Positions 31,598 through 41,855 of a stretch of 64,000 bases of DNA are shown piece after piece. Both the position numbers and the translations under genes were made by a program. How positions within the stretch are numbered: position 1 is the first letter of the stretch; every line of letters begins with the position of its first letter. Under the pieces are notes generated by a model. That model was not told the origin of the DNA and did not search any database. It worked only from the letters and a program-made list of their open reading frames with translations. Source of the DNA: an uncultured Candidatus Rokubacteria bacterium (GTDB lineage Bacteria; Methylomirabilota; Methylomirabilia; Rokubacteriales; CSP1-6); contig CAVWWD010000004.1 of assembly GCA_963758635.1 (NCBI GenBank), positions 32,001-96,000 of the forward strand. Direction: 5' to 3'.

Positions 31598-32272
31598 ATG
31601 GCGGTGACGAAGACCCCGCTGTCCGAGATCATCTCCCTCGGCGACCTCGCGTGGCAGGAGCGGCAGCCCGGGGTGCGGATGAAGCAGATCTGGGAGCATG
31701 CGGAGACGAAGCGACGGGCGGTCCTGACGCGCATCGAGCCCGACGCCAAGCTCCCGCTTCACCGGCACGTCGGCGACGAGCTGGTCTTCGTGATCGAGGG
31801 CGCGATCGCCGACGAGTTCGGCGCCGTCACCGCGGGCAACGTGGGCTACCGGCCGAACGGCTGCGTGCACACGGTCTCCACGAAGAACGGCGCCACCGTG
31901 CTGGCGATCCTGACCGGCGGCGTCGAGCCGGCGACGGCGAGGGACGGGGCTCCGCCCTCCCGGGTTGTCACCGTCAGCGACCTCCCGTGGATGGAGACGC
32001 GCCCCGGCGTGCGGCAGAAGAGGATCTGGGAGGATCCGGCGAGCGAGCGGCGCGCCATCCTGGCCCGCTTCGAGCCGGGCGCGACGCTCCCCCGCCATCG
32101 TCACGTGGGCGACGAGCTGATCTTCGTGGTGGAAGGCGCGAACGCCGACGAATCGGGCGTGGTGGCCACGGGGAACATGAACTACCGGCCGAACGGGTGT
32201 GTTCACACCGTGACCACGGCCAACGGCGCGACGGTGCTGGCCGTCGTCTGGGGACGCACGGAGCCGGTTTGA
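31598..32272 (+). CDS. Tandem ChrR-like cupin protein
   Basis: Two near-identical repeats LPxHRHVGDEL.FV.EG..YRPNGCVHTV. Confidence 0.85.
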   Translation: MAVTKTPLSEIISLGDLAWQERQPGVRMKQIWEHAETKRRAVLTRIEPDAKLPLHRHVGDELVFVIEGAIADEFGAVTAGNVGYRPNGCVHTVSTKNGATVLAILTGGVEPATARDGAPPSRVVTVSDLPWMETRPGVRQKRIWEDPASERRAILARFEPGATLPRHRHVGDELIFVVEGANADESGVVATGNMNYRPNGCVHTVTTANGATVLAVVWGRTEPV

Positions 32273-32286
32273 CGGGAGGAGCCGCC

Positions 32287-32587
32287 ATGAGAGCGCTCGC
32301 GTCGCTCCTGCTGATCGTCCTCGTCGTGCTCGCCGGCGCCGGCCCCGCCGCGGCCTCGCCGGAGGGGCAGATGACCTGGGCCGTGCACATCTCGCTCGCC
32401 CCGACGTGGTTCGATCCCGCGGAGACGCCGGGGATCGGCACGCCGTTCATGATCCTCTACGCGCTCCACGACGCGCTGGTGAAGCCCATGCCCGGCAACG
32501 CGATGGCGCCGAGCCTGGCCGAGTCGTGGAGCCTGTCGAAGGACGGCTCGTCAGAGCTCCCCCGACCCTCCGCTGAAGGGCAAGTAG
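32287..32587 (+). pseudogene. Internally deleted family-5 substrate-binding gene
   Basis: N-terminal ~88 codons paralogous to the next gene, then directly LKGK* in another frame. Confidence 0.75.
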
Positions 32588-32621
32588 ACCGAGTGCATTC
32601 ATGACCCGGGAGGCATTCTCC

Positions 32622-34158
32622 ATGAGATACGCGCACCGTCGCTTCGGGCTCCTCCTCGCCGTCGTGATCGTCCTCGCCGGCGCGTCCCCCGCGGCGGCGG
32701 CGCCCGAAGGCCAGATGACGTGGGGGGTGCACGTCTCGCTCGCGCCCACGTGGTTCGATCCCGCCGAGACCTCGGGGATCATCACGCCGTTCATGACGCT
32801 CTACGCGATGCACGACGCCATGGCCAAGCCCCTGCCGGGCCAGGCGATGGCGCCCGGCCTCGCCGAGTCGTGGACCATGTCGCCGGACGGGCTCCTCTAC
32901 GAGTTCGTCCTGCGGAAGAACGTCAAGTTCCACAACGGCGATCCCGTGACCGCGGAGGACGTGAAGTTCTCGTTCGAGCGGTACCGGGGAGCGTCGTCCA
33001 AGGCGCTCAAGGAGGCGGTGGCGGCGGTGGAGACGCCCGACCCCGGGCGCGTCCGCTTCCGGCTGAAGCGGGCGTGGCCCGACTTCCTCACCTTCTACCT
33101 GGGCGCCACCGGGGCGGGGTGGATCGTGCCGAAGAAGTACGTCGAGCGCGTGGGCGACGACGGGTTCAAGAAGGCCCCGATCGGCGCGGGCCCGTACCGG
33201 TTCGTCTCGTTCGCGCCGGGGATCGAGCTGGTCCTCGAGGCCAACGAGCAGTACTGGCGGAAGTCCCCCAGCGTGAAGCGGCTCGTCCTCAAGGCCATCC
33301 CCGACGAGGCCACGCGGCTGGCCGCGCTGAAGGGGGGCGAGGTGGACGTGATCTACCAGATGCGCGGCGCCCTCGCCGAGGATCTCCGGCGCAGTGCCGG
33401 GCTCCGGCTCAAGCCCAACCTCGGCCTCGCCACCTACTGGGTCCACTTCCCCGACCAGTGGGACCCGAAGTCGCCGTGGCACGACCGGCGCGTGCGGCTG
33501 GCCGCCAGCCACGCCCTGGACCGGCCGGCGATGAACCAGGCCGAGGTCCTCGGCCACTCCCGGATCAACTGGAGCATCATCCCCAACAGCTTCGAGTTCT
33601 ACTGGCAGCCGCCCGCGACCGCCGTACGATCCGGTTCGGGCCAAGGCGCTCCTCGCCGAGGCCGGTCACCCCAACGGCTTCGACGCCGGCGACTACTCGT
33701 GCGACGCGGCGAACGCGGCCATCTGCGAGCCGGTGGTGAACTACCTGAACGCCGTCGGCATCCGGACCCGGCTCCGGCCGCTGGAGCGGGCGGCCTTCTA
33801 CCGCGGGTGGGCCGAGCGCCGCTTCAAGGGGCTGATCCAGGGCCAGAGCGGCGCCTTCGGCAACGCGGCGACGCGGATCGAGGCCTTCGTGGCCGCGGGC
33901 GGCACCTACGTCTACGGCAGCTATCCCGACATCGACGGGCTGTTCCGCGACCAGGCGGGGGAGACGGACGCCAAGCGGCGCGAGGCCACGCTTCACCGGA
34001 TCCAGCAGCTCATCCACGAGAAGGTGATCATGGCCCCCATCTGGCTGAACGCCGGCCTCGTCGGCCTGGGGCCGAGGGTGGAGGAGGCGGGGATCGGCCT
34101 CATCGCCGGCTACGCCTTCTCGGCGCCCTACGAGGACGTGAAGCTCAAGGGCAAGTGA
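32622..34158 (+). CDS. ABC family-5 substrate-binding protein (frameshift ~33620)
   Basis: PEGQMTWGVHVSLAPTWFDPAET, GAGPYRF, APYEDVKLKGK. Confidence 0.9.
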
Positions 34159-35132
34159 TGGCCGGCGCTCCGTTGCTCGTGGTCGAGGACCTCAAGACTC
34201 ATTTCTTCACACGGCGCGGGGTCACCAAGGCGGTCGACGGGGTGAGCTTCACCCTCGACGCCGGGGAGACGCTCGCCCTCGTGGGAGAGTCGGGCTCGGG
34301 CAAGTCGGTCACGTGCCTGTCGCTGGTGCGCCTCGTGCCCGAGCCGGCGGGGCGCATCGTCGGCGGTCGCATCCTGCTCGAGGGAGAGGACCTGCTCGAC
34401 AAGAGCCCGGCCGAGATGCGCCGGGTGCGCGGCAAGCAGATCGCCATGGTGCTCCAGGACCCGATGACGTCCCTGAACCCGGCCCTGACCATCGGCACCC
34501 AGGTGAGCGAGGTGCTGCATCTGCACCAGGGGCTGCGCCGCTCGGCCCTGCGCGAGCGCGTGCTCGAGGCCCTCCGGCGCCTGCGCATCTCGGCCCCCGA
34601 CGCGCGTCTCGGGCAGTATCCCCACCAGTTCAGCGGCGGGATGCGCCAGCGGGTCACGAGCGCCATCGCGCTCGCGTGCGCGCCGCGCCTGCTGATCGCC
34701 GACGAGCCGACCACGTCGCTCGACGTGACCATCCAGGCCCAGTACCTGGACCTCCTCAAGGAGGTGCAGGCGGCCGCCGGCGTCGCGGTCATCCTGGTCA
34801 CCCACGACTTCGGCATCGTGGCCGCCAACGCCGACCGCGTGGCCGTGATGTACGCGGGGAAGATCGTGGAGATGGGGACCACGCTCCAGATCTTCAACGA
34901 GCCGCGGCACCCCTATACGCAGGCGCTCCTGCGCTGTCTCCCCGACGTCGCGGCCACGGGCCAGCAGCAGCTCGTCGAGATCGGGGGACAGCCGCCCGAC
35001 CTCGCCCGGCTCGGGCCGGGGTGCCCGTTCGCGCCGAGGTGCCCGCGGCGCGAGGCGGTCTGCGACGAGAAGTACCCGCCGGCGGTGACCGTGAACGGGG
35101 GACACGTGGCGAGCTGCTGGGCCGCGGCGTGA
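34158..35132 (+). CDS. Oligopeptide ABC ATPase (DppD/OppD-like)
   Basis: GESGSGKS, YPHQFSGGMRQR, GCPFAPRC. Confidence 0.9.
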   Translation: MAGAPLLVVEDLKTHFFTRRGVTKAVDGVSFTLDAGETLALVGESGSGKSVTCLSLVRLVPEPAGRIVGGRILLEGEDLLDKSPAEMRRVRGKQIAMVLQDPMTSLNPALTIGTQVSEVLHLHQGLRRSALRERVLEALRRLRISAPDARLGQYPHQFSGGMRQRVTSAIALACAPRLLIADEPTTSLDVTIQAQYLDLLKEVQAAAGVAVILVTHDFGIVAANADRVAVMYAGKIVEMGTTLQIFNEPRHPYTQALLRCLPDVAATGQQQLVEIGGQPPDLARLGPGCPFAPRCPRREAVCDEKYPPAVTVNGGHVASCWAAA

Positions 35133-36088
35133 TCCTCCAGGCCGTCGACGTCACGAAGCACTTCCCGTTGGCCCGCGGCTTCGGGATCGGCGGGCGTCGC
35201 GGGTTGATCAGGGCGCTCGACGGCGTGAGCGTGCAGGTCGGGGAAGGCGAGACCCTCGGCATCGTGGGGGAATCCGGGTCGGGAAAGACCACCCTCGCCC
35301 GGCTCTTCCTGCTCCTCGCGCGCCCGACCTCGGGCGCCCTGCTCGTGGACGGCAAGGACGTCCACTCGCTCGGCCCCGAGGACCTCGGGCGCTACCGCCG
35401 GTCGGTGCAGGCGGTGTTCCAGGACCCCTACAGCTCCTTGAACCCGAGGATGCGCGTCGGGGACATCGTGGCCGAGCCCCTGCCGCGCGACAACGGCACG
35501 AGCCGGGCGGACGTGCGCGCGCGCACGGCGGAGGTCCTCGAGCTGGTGGGGCTCCGGCCGGAGAGCGGCGCCCTCTACCCCCACGAGTTCAGCGGCGGCC
35601 AGCGTCAGCGCATCGCCATCGCGCGCGCCCTCGTCACGTACCCGAAGTTCATCGTCCTCGACGAGCCCGTCTCGGCGCTGGACGTGTCGATCCGCGCGCA
35701 GATCCTCAACCTGCTCAAGCGCCTGCAGGCGGAGCTCGGCCTCGCCTACATCATGATCTCCCACGATCTCGCCGCCGCCCGCTACCTCGCCACGCGCCTG
35801 GCCGTGATGTACGCGGGCAAGCTCGTGGAGACGGGCGACTGCGAGGCCGTGTACGCGGCGCCGCTGCACCCATACACGGAGGCGCTCCTGTCCGCCGCCC
35901 TGCCGCTGCACCCCTCGGCGCGCCGGCAGCGGATCGTGCTCGGGGGAGAGGTGCCGAATCCCGCGCGCCCGCCCGCGGGCTGCCGCTTCCACCCGCGTTG
36001 CCCGAAGGCGTTCGCGCCGTGCCCGACGGACGAGCCGGCCTGGCGCGAGGTGCAGCCCGGCCGCTTCACGGCCTGTCATCTGTATTGA
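35129..36088 (+). CDS. Oligopeptide ABC ATPase (DppF/OppF-like)
   Basis: GESGSGKTT, YPHEFSGGQRQR, GCRFHPRC. Confidence 0.9.
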   Translation: MILQAVDVTKHFPLARGFGIGGRRGLIRALDGVSVQVGEGETLGIVGESGSGKTTLARLFLLLARPTSGALLVDGKDVHSLGPEDLGRYRRSVQAVFQDPYSSLNPRMRVGDIVAEPLPRDNGTSRADVRARTAEVLELVGLRPESGALYPHEFSGGQRQRIAIARALVTYPKFIVLDEPVSALDVSIRAQILNLLKRLQAELGLAYIMISHDLAAARYLATRLAVMYAGKLVETGDCEAVYAAPLHPYTEALLSAALPLHPSARRQRIVLGGEVPNPARPPAGCRFHPRCPKAFAPCPTDEPAWREVQPGRFTACHLY

Positions 36089-36092
36089 GCGC

Positions 36093-36225
36093 GGAGGGGC
36101 CGCCAGGACTTCCGTGCGCGCCCACGCCGATCCGCCAGGGGCGCCACGGGGACGTGAGCACCCGATATGATCCATCCGCGTGCTGGACCGAGGCCGCGGG
36201 ATGTCCGGAGCTCGGGCGAAAGGCA
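36093..36225 (+). pseudogene. intI: Integron integrase C-terminal remnant
   Basis: With small indels reads RHGDVST.MIH..VLDRG..VRSS, versus IntI GH.DVSTTMIYTHVLNRG..VRSP. Confidence 0.55.
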
Positions 36226-36436
36226 TTCGGCCGATGGGGCAGGTCAGGTCAATGGGAGAGGATCATCCACGAGACACTGGGGCGCCTCGCAGGCTATCCG
36301 GCCCGGGCATTCGCCGGCGAGCGATGGAAAGGCGCCTCCGGACTGACACGAATGCTCTCTGGCTTCGGGGGACGTTTCTTGTTATGCACCGGCGATACAC
36401 TGACCGGGCAGTGCTACACGGTTCCGCCCAATTGTG

Positions 36437-36443
36437 GTTAGGG
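36437..36443 (+). mobile_element. Putative attI crossover / cassette start GTTAGGG
   Basis: GGTTAGGGTTC (36436-36446) is the exact reverse complement of GAACCCTAACC (37529-37539) at the next attC. Confidence 0.55.
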
Positions 36444-36465
36444 TTCAAAGGGCGACCACAAGGAG

Positions 36466-37503
36466 GTGAGTTCAATCGCCGAACGTCGCGCAAGTCGATT
36501 CGGAGTCGAACGTCGACTGCGGCTCGCCGTGTGCATCGGCCTCACCGTGGCGGTGTCGGTCAGCTCGTGCCCAGGCGAAGCCCAGCAGGTGGCCAAGACC
36601 GGTCGAGTGGGCTTCGTGGGGCTCAACCCGGGGGTCACCCGAGAACGAGCGGCGTTCCTGCAAGGCATGCGTGACCTCGGCTACGTCGAGGGCCGCAATG
36701 TCGTGATCGAATATCGGTTTGCACAGGGAGACCTCGCGCGGATTCCCGCTATCACGGCCGAACTGGTAGCGCTCAAGGTGGATGTCATCGTGGCGGCCGG
36801 CGGCTCACTGGCGCCTTGGCTGCCAAGCGAGCGACGACGACCATTCCCATTGTCTTCCCCGCCGTTGGCGACCCCGTAGCCGACGGGTTGGTGGCCAGCT
36901 TGGCGCGGCCGGGCGGGAATGCGACGGGGTTGGCTGTTCTCAACCAGGAGTTGATCGGCAAGCGCCTGGAGCTAGCCAGGCAACTCGTGCCGCACATGAG
37001 TCGTGCCGCCTTTCTCGTGAAGCCCGATGCCGCTCCCGACAGCACGATGAAGGGCGTCCTGAAGTCGGCGGAGGTAGCGGCTCGTGGGTTAGGCGTGAGG
37101 CTTCAGTCGTGGAGGCACGAGGGCCTGAAGACTTCAAGCGCGCTTTCGCGGACATGACCAGGGCAGGCGCGAACGTTTGAGCGTGCACTCCACCCCGGCA
37201 TTCGATCGTGAGCCACATCGCCTTGTAGCCCTGGCGCTGAGGCATCGCCTGCCGACGGTGTACTCATTCAGACACTACGTCGATGCCGGGGGGCTGATAT
37301 CCTACGGCCCCGACCTTCCTGATCTGTTTCGGCGCGCCGCGAGCTACGTTGACAAGATTCTCAAGGGGGCCAGCCCCGCCGACCTGCCAGTCGAGCAGCC
37401 GACCAAGTTCGAGCTGGTCATCAACCTCAAGACTGCCAAGGCACTCGGTCTGAAAGTCCCGCCATCGACACTTGCGCAGGCAGACGAGGTCATCGAGAAA
37501 TGA
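36466..37503 (+). CDS. ABC_sub_bind-type substrate-binding protein (several frameshifts/stop), in an integron cassette
   Basis: LGYVEGRNVVIEYR, ASLARPGGN.TG, GGLISYGPD, LPVEQPTKFELVINLKTAKALGL. Confidence 0.8.
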
Positions 37504-37531
37504 GCGCGGGCGGGCCGGACAACGTCTCGAA

Positions 37532-37599
37532 CCCTAACCTCAGCTGCAGCGGTCGGCACCTCGCGTTGCTCGGCGCCGCCGCTGAAGCGGGCGTTAAAC
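37532..37599 (+). mobile_element. attC site
   Basis: CCCTAAC-CTCA-GCTGCAGCGG-TCGGCACCTCGCGTTGCTCGGCGCCG-CCGCTGAAGC-GGGC-GTTAAAC: R'', L'', stem-loop, L' and a canonical GTTRRRY R'. Confidence 0.8.
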
Positions 37600-37790
37600 G
37601 CCGATGCGTGCCAGCCGGCGTGGCGGGAGCGCCTTGAGAAGCTCAAGCAGTTCGGGCATGAGCGGTGCGAACGATTCGAAGCGGTTGGTCGAGGCGACGA
37701 GAACGACAACTGAGACCGGTAGCGTCCTCAGGTTCTGCTGATGCTCGAGGTTCCTGTCGGCGGTGATGAGGACATCGAAGTGCTCATTGG
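37594..37790 (-). pseudogene. DUF5615 PIN-like toxin, C-terminal half
   Basis: FDVLITADRNLEHQQNL..L.VSVVVL; stop codon overlaps the attC R' box. Confidence 0.75.
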
Positions 37791-38240
37791 TCGTGTGATC
37801 ATCTGCGCGAGTCCAACGCTTTGCCCATGACCCGTATTCGAAACGGCGAACTCGACTGGGCACGCATGCGCGCTGCCGTCTTTGACGGGTTCCATCGCTG
37901 TCTGCCCGCCTTCGCCGCGGCCGGCAACAACCTGATCGTGGATCACATCATCGAGCAGGAGCAGTGGCGGGCCGATCTCGTCCAGCTGCTTGCGTCCTTT
38001 GACGTGTTCTTTGTCGCGGTGCACTGTCCGTTGCCAGAGCTGGAGCGTCGGGAACGGCATCGGGGTGACCGGCGCCCCGGAGAGGCCCGCAGGGACTTTC
38101 ACGCCGTGCATCGCTTCACGGAGTACGATCTCGCCATTGATGCGACCCAGCCGACCGAGGGCAACGGTGCGCGGCTGATCACGGCGTGGCAAGCGCGGAG
38201 CCGCCCGACGGCCTTTGAGCGCATGGCGACGCACGGCTGA
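37785..38240 (+). pseudogene. 5'-truncated second copy of the chloramphenicol phosphotransferase-like gene
   Basis: Aligns by eye with 17332-17780; lacks the P-loop. Confidence 0.8.
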
Positions 38241-38266
38241 GGGCATTCGGGGTCCGCAGCTTGGGC

Positions 38267-38436
38267 GTTCGGCGGATCGAGCCACGGGCCGGCGGCGATG
38301 ACAGCGGAACCCGAGCAGGATTCCAGGGCAGCATTGATCGCTCGGATCGAGGGAAGGCAATCGCCCAACCGGCCAGGCCCTCGACTCGTACACCCTGCAT
38401 GCGGTACTGTCGACCGGCCGAACCCGCCGCTGAAGC
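38267..38436 (+). mobile_element. Eroded cassette remnant
   Basis: Starts GTTCGGC (38267) and ends with its exact complement GCCGAAC (38417) plus N5-GCTGAAGC; rest of attC missing. Confidence 0.5.
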
Positions 38437-38471
38437 ACTCGGCCCGCGCGTAGAGGCGCACAGGAGACCAG

Positions 38472-39886
38472 ATGACCAACGACGACTCCTCCATGAAGCG
38501 GCGGCTCGCGGCCATCCTCGCCGCGGACATCGCCGGCTACAGCCGCCTCATGGGCGAGGACGAGGCCGCGACGGTCCGCGATCTGAAGGGGCACAGGCGG
38601 CGGTCCTGCCTCTGGTCGGCCGCTACGGCGGCCGCATCATCGACACCGCGGGGGACGGCATCCTGGCCGAGTTCCCGAGCGTGATCAACGCGACCGAGTG
38701 CGGGGTCGAGATCCAGACCGTCATGGCGACGCGCAACGAGGGGGTGCCAGAGTCGCGCCGCATGCAGTTCCGCATCGGCATCAACCTGGGCGACGTCATC
38801 CACGACGAGAGCCGCATCTACGGCGACGGCATCAACATCGCGGCCCGGCTCGAGGGCATCGCGGAGCCGGGCGGGATCTGCATCTCCCGCCAGGTGTTCG
38901 ACCAGGTGAGCCGGACGCTCAAGGCGAATTTCCAGGCGCTCGGCCCGCGCGCCCTGAAGAACATCGCGCAGCCGGTGGACGTCTTCGCCATCGCGCCGTC
39001 CGATGGCGGCGCCGGACCGGGCGTGACGGCTCCCAGCGCCGTCGATCTGCAGCAGGAGATCCGGTTCTGCACCGCGCCCGACGGCGTCCAGCTCGCCTAC
39101 TCGATGATCGGCCAGGGGCCGCCGCTGATGAAGACGGGCAACTGGATGACCCATCTGGAGTTCGACCTCGAGAGCCCGATCTGGCGGCACCTCTACCGGG
39201 AGCTGGCGAAGGACCACACGCTCGTCCGCTACGACGCCCGCGGCAACGGGCTGTCGGACCGGACCGTGGACGAGATCTCGTTCGACGCCTTCGTGAGCGA
39301 CCTGGAGGCGGTGGTGGACGCCGCGGGGATCGAGCGGTTCGCGCTGCTCGGGATCTCCCAGGGCTGCGCGATCTCGATCGCGTACGCCGTGCGCCATCCC
39401 GAGCGCGTGTCGCATCTCATCCTCTACGGGGGCTACGCGCTGGGCTGGAGCAAGCGCTCCCGCAGCGCGGCGGAGAAGGAAGAGGACGCCGCCATGCTGA
39501 CGCTGATGCGCCTGGGCTGGGGCAAGGAGAACGCCGCGTTCCGCCAGCTGTTCACCTCGCAGTTCATCCCCGGCGGGACCAAGGAGCAGGCCGACTGGTT
39601 CAACGAGCTGCAGCGCATCACGGTGTCGGGGGAGGTGGCGGCCCGGATCCACGAGGCGAACGGCGAGACCGACGTCACCGCGCTGCTCCCGCAGGTGCGG
39701 GTGCCGACCCTCGTGCTGCACGCGCGTGACGAGGCCCGGGTCCCGTTCGAGACCGGGCGTCGCATGGCGGCCGGCATCCCCGGCGCGCGGTTCGTGACGC
39801 TGCAGGGGCGCAACCACATCTTCCTCGAGACCGAGCCGGCCTTCGGCCAGTTCCTGGAGCACACCCGGGCGTTCCTCGCCACCTGA
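38472..39886 (+). CDS. Class III nucleotide cyclase fused to an alpha/beta hydrolase (frameshift ~38598)
   Basis: ADIAGYSRLM, TAGDG, GDGINIAARLE; then YDARGNGLS, GISQG, GRNH. Confidence 0.85.
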
Positions 39887-40049
39887 AGCCGCTCCACCGT
39901 GCATCCCGGCGCCCGGTGAAGCCCGGGCGGTTGCGCCCGGCCAGGCCGGTGACCGGGGCTCCGGTCGGCTGTACGAGCCCGGGCCGACTGGGGTATGGTG
40001 GGCGGCGTGAGCTCTCCCCAACGTCTGCGACGGAGAAAGGAGCACGCAC

Positions 40050-41736
40050 ATGGCCTATGACCTCCTGATCAGGAACGGCCGGATCATCGACGGCTCCGGC
40101 CGCCCCGCCTACCACGGAGACGTGGCGGTCGAGCGGGGCAAGATCGTCGAGCTGGGCAAGCTCGGCGGGCAGGCCAGGCGCACCATCGAGGCCGATGGGC
40201 GCGTCGTGGCCCCCGGCTTCGTGGACAACCACTGCCACTACGACGCCCAGGTGCTGTGGGATCCGCTCTGCACGTACTCGTGCCACCACGGCGCGACCAG
40301 CGTCATCATCGGGAACTGCTCGCTCGCCCTCGCCCCGGTGCGCCCGCACGAGCGCGAGAAGCTCGCGGGGATGCTCTCCTACGTCGAGGCCATCCCCATG
40401 GACGTGCTGAAGGCCGGCGTGCCGTGGAACTGGGAGACGTTCCCCGAGTACATGAGCGCGATCGGCCAGCGCCTCGGGGTCAACGTGGGCACGCTGGTCG
40501 GCCACTCCGCCGTCCGGCTCTACGCCATGGGCGAGGACTATTCGAAGCGCGACGCGACCGACGCCGAGCTCGAGACGATGCGGCGGATCGTGCGCGAGTC
40601 CCTCGAGGCGGGCGCCCTCGGCCTGTCCATCACGCGGAACATGAACCACTTCGACATCGCGGGCACGCGCATCCCCGCGGCGAGCGCTCCCGAGTCGGAG
40701 CTCTTTGCTCTCGCCGACGTGCTCCGCGAGGCGGGCACGGGCGTCATCCAGTGCGGCGGCGGCACCAACCCCGAGATGAAGGACCGCCTGCTGAGCCGCA
40801 TCGCCCAGGCATGCGGCCGGCCCATCATGTACAACACGCTCCAGGAGCAGGCTCGGCAGCCCGGGCGGTGGAAAGAGCACCTCGCCCACGCAGAGGAGAC
40901 GGCCAAGCAGGGCGTGCGCGCCATCCCGCTCGTCAACCCGGGCAGCGTGGTGAACCGCTTCACCATGAAGAACTGCCAGGTGTTCCGGGGCATGCCGACC
41001 TGGCTGCCCATCCTCCAGGCCGAGGACGCGGAGAAGCTGCGCCGCCTACCGCGATCCCGCCATGCGCGCGAAGCTCCGCGCCGAGGTCGACGCGCCGCTC
41101 ACGCCGGACTCGACGTTCTCCAAGCGCTGGGACCTGATGATCGTCGAGGAGCCGAAGGCCGCGAAGAACCGCCAGCTCCGCGGCAAGAGCGTGGCCGACC
41201 TCGCCAAGGCGCAGGGCAAGACGCCGGTGGACGCCTTCCTCGACCTCGCGGTGGACGAGAATCTGGAGACCGTCTTCAGCCTCGGCGAGATCAACATGGA
41301 CACCGAGGCGGTGGCGCAGATCCTGGGCAGCCCGCACGCCGTGGTCGGCCTCTCCGACGGCGGCGCCCACGTGCAGTTCCACTCCAACGTGTCGAACCCG
41401 ACCCGGCTGCTCGGCTACTGGGTGCGGGAGAAGAACATCATGACGCTCGAGCACGCGGTGCGGCGGCTCACGTTCGACTCCGCCACCGCGTTCGGCATCT
41501 ACGATCGCGGGCTGCTGCAGCCCGGCATGGCGGCGGACATCGTCGTGTTCGACGCCGATACCGTCCGGCCGGTGCCCGAGGACGTCGTCCACGACTTCCC
41601 GGCCAACGGCTGGCGGATGCGCGAGCTCGCCGAGGGCATCCACTACACGGTGGTCAACGGCGAGGTCCTGCTGGAGAAGGGCACCCACACCGGCGCGCAC
41701 CCCGGCAAGGTGCTGCACAACGCGCGGTACCAGTAG
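40050..41736 (+). CDS. N-acyl-D-amino-acid deacylase-family amidohydrolase (frameshift ~41040)
   Basis: PGFVDNHCHYD, GNCS, SDGGAH, ADIVVFD. Confidence 0.9.
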
Positions 41737-41855
41737 CGGTAGCCCAGGGTCCGAGCCTGCATCGCGAGCGGCCGGGGAACGGGTCGATGCGCCTCGACAG
41801 CGTCGACCCGGACCCCGGCCGCGCCGCGTTCGGGCGCCCGTGACCTGAGCCGGAC

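Noticed and set aside
32601..35132. Apparent SBP-ATPase fusion (843 aa)
   Set aside because: Artefact of the frameshift near 33620; the SBP has its own stop at 34158.
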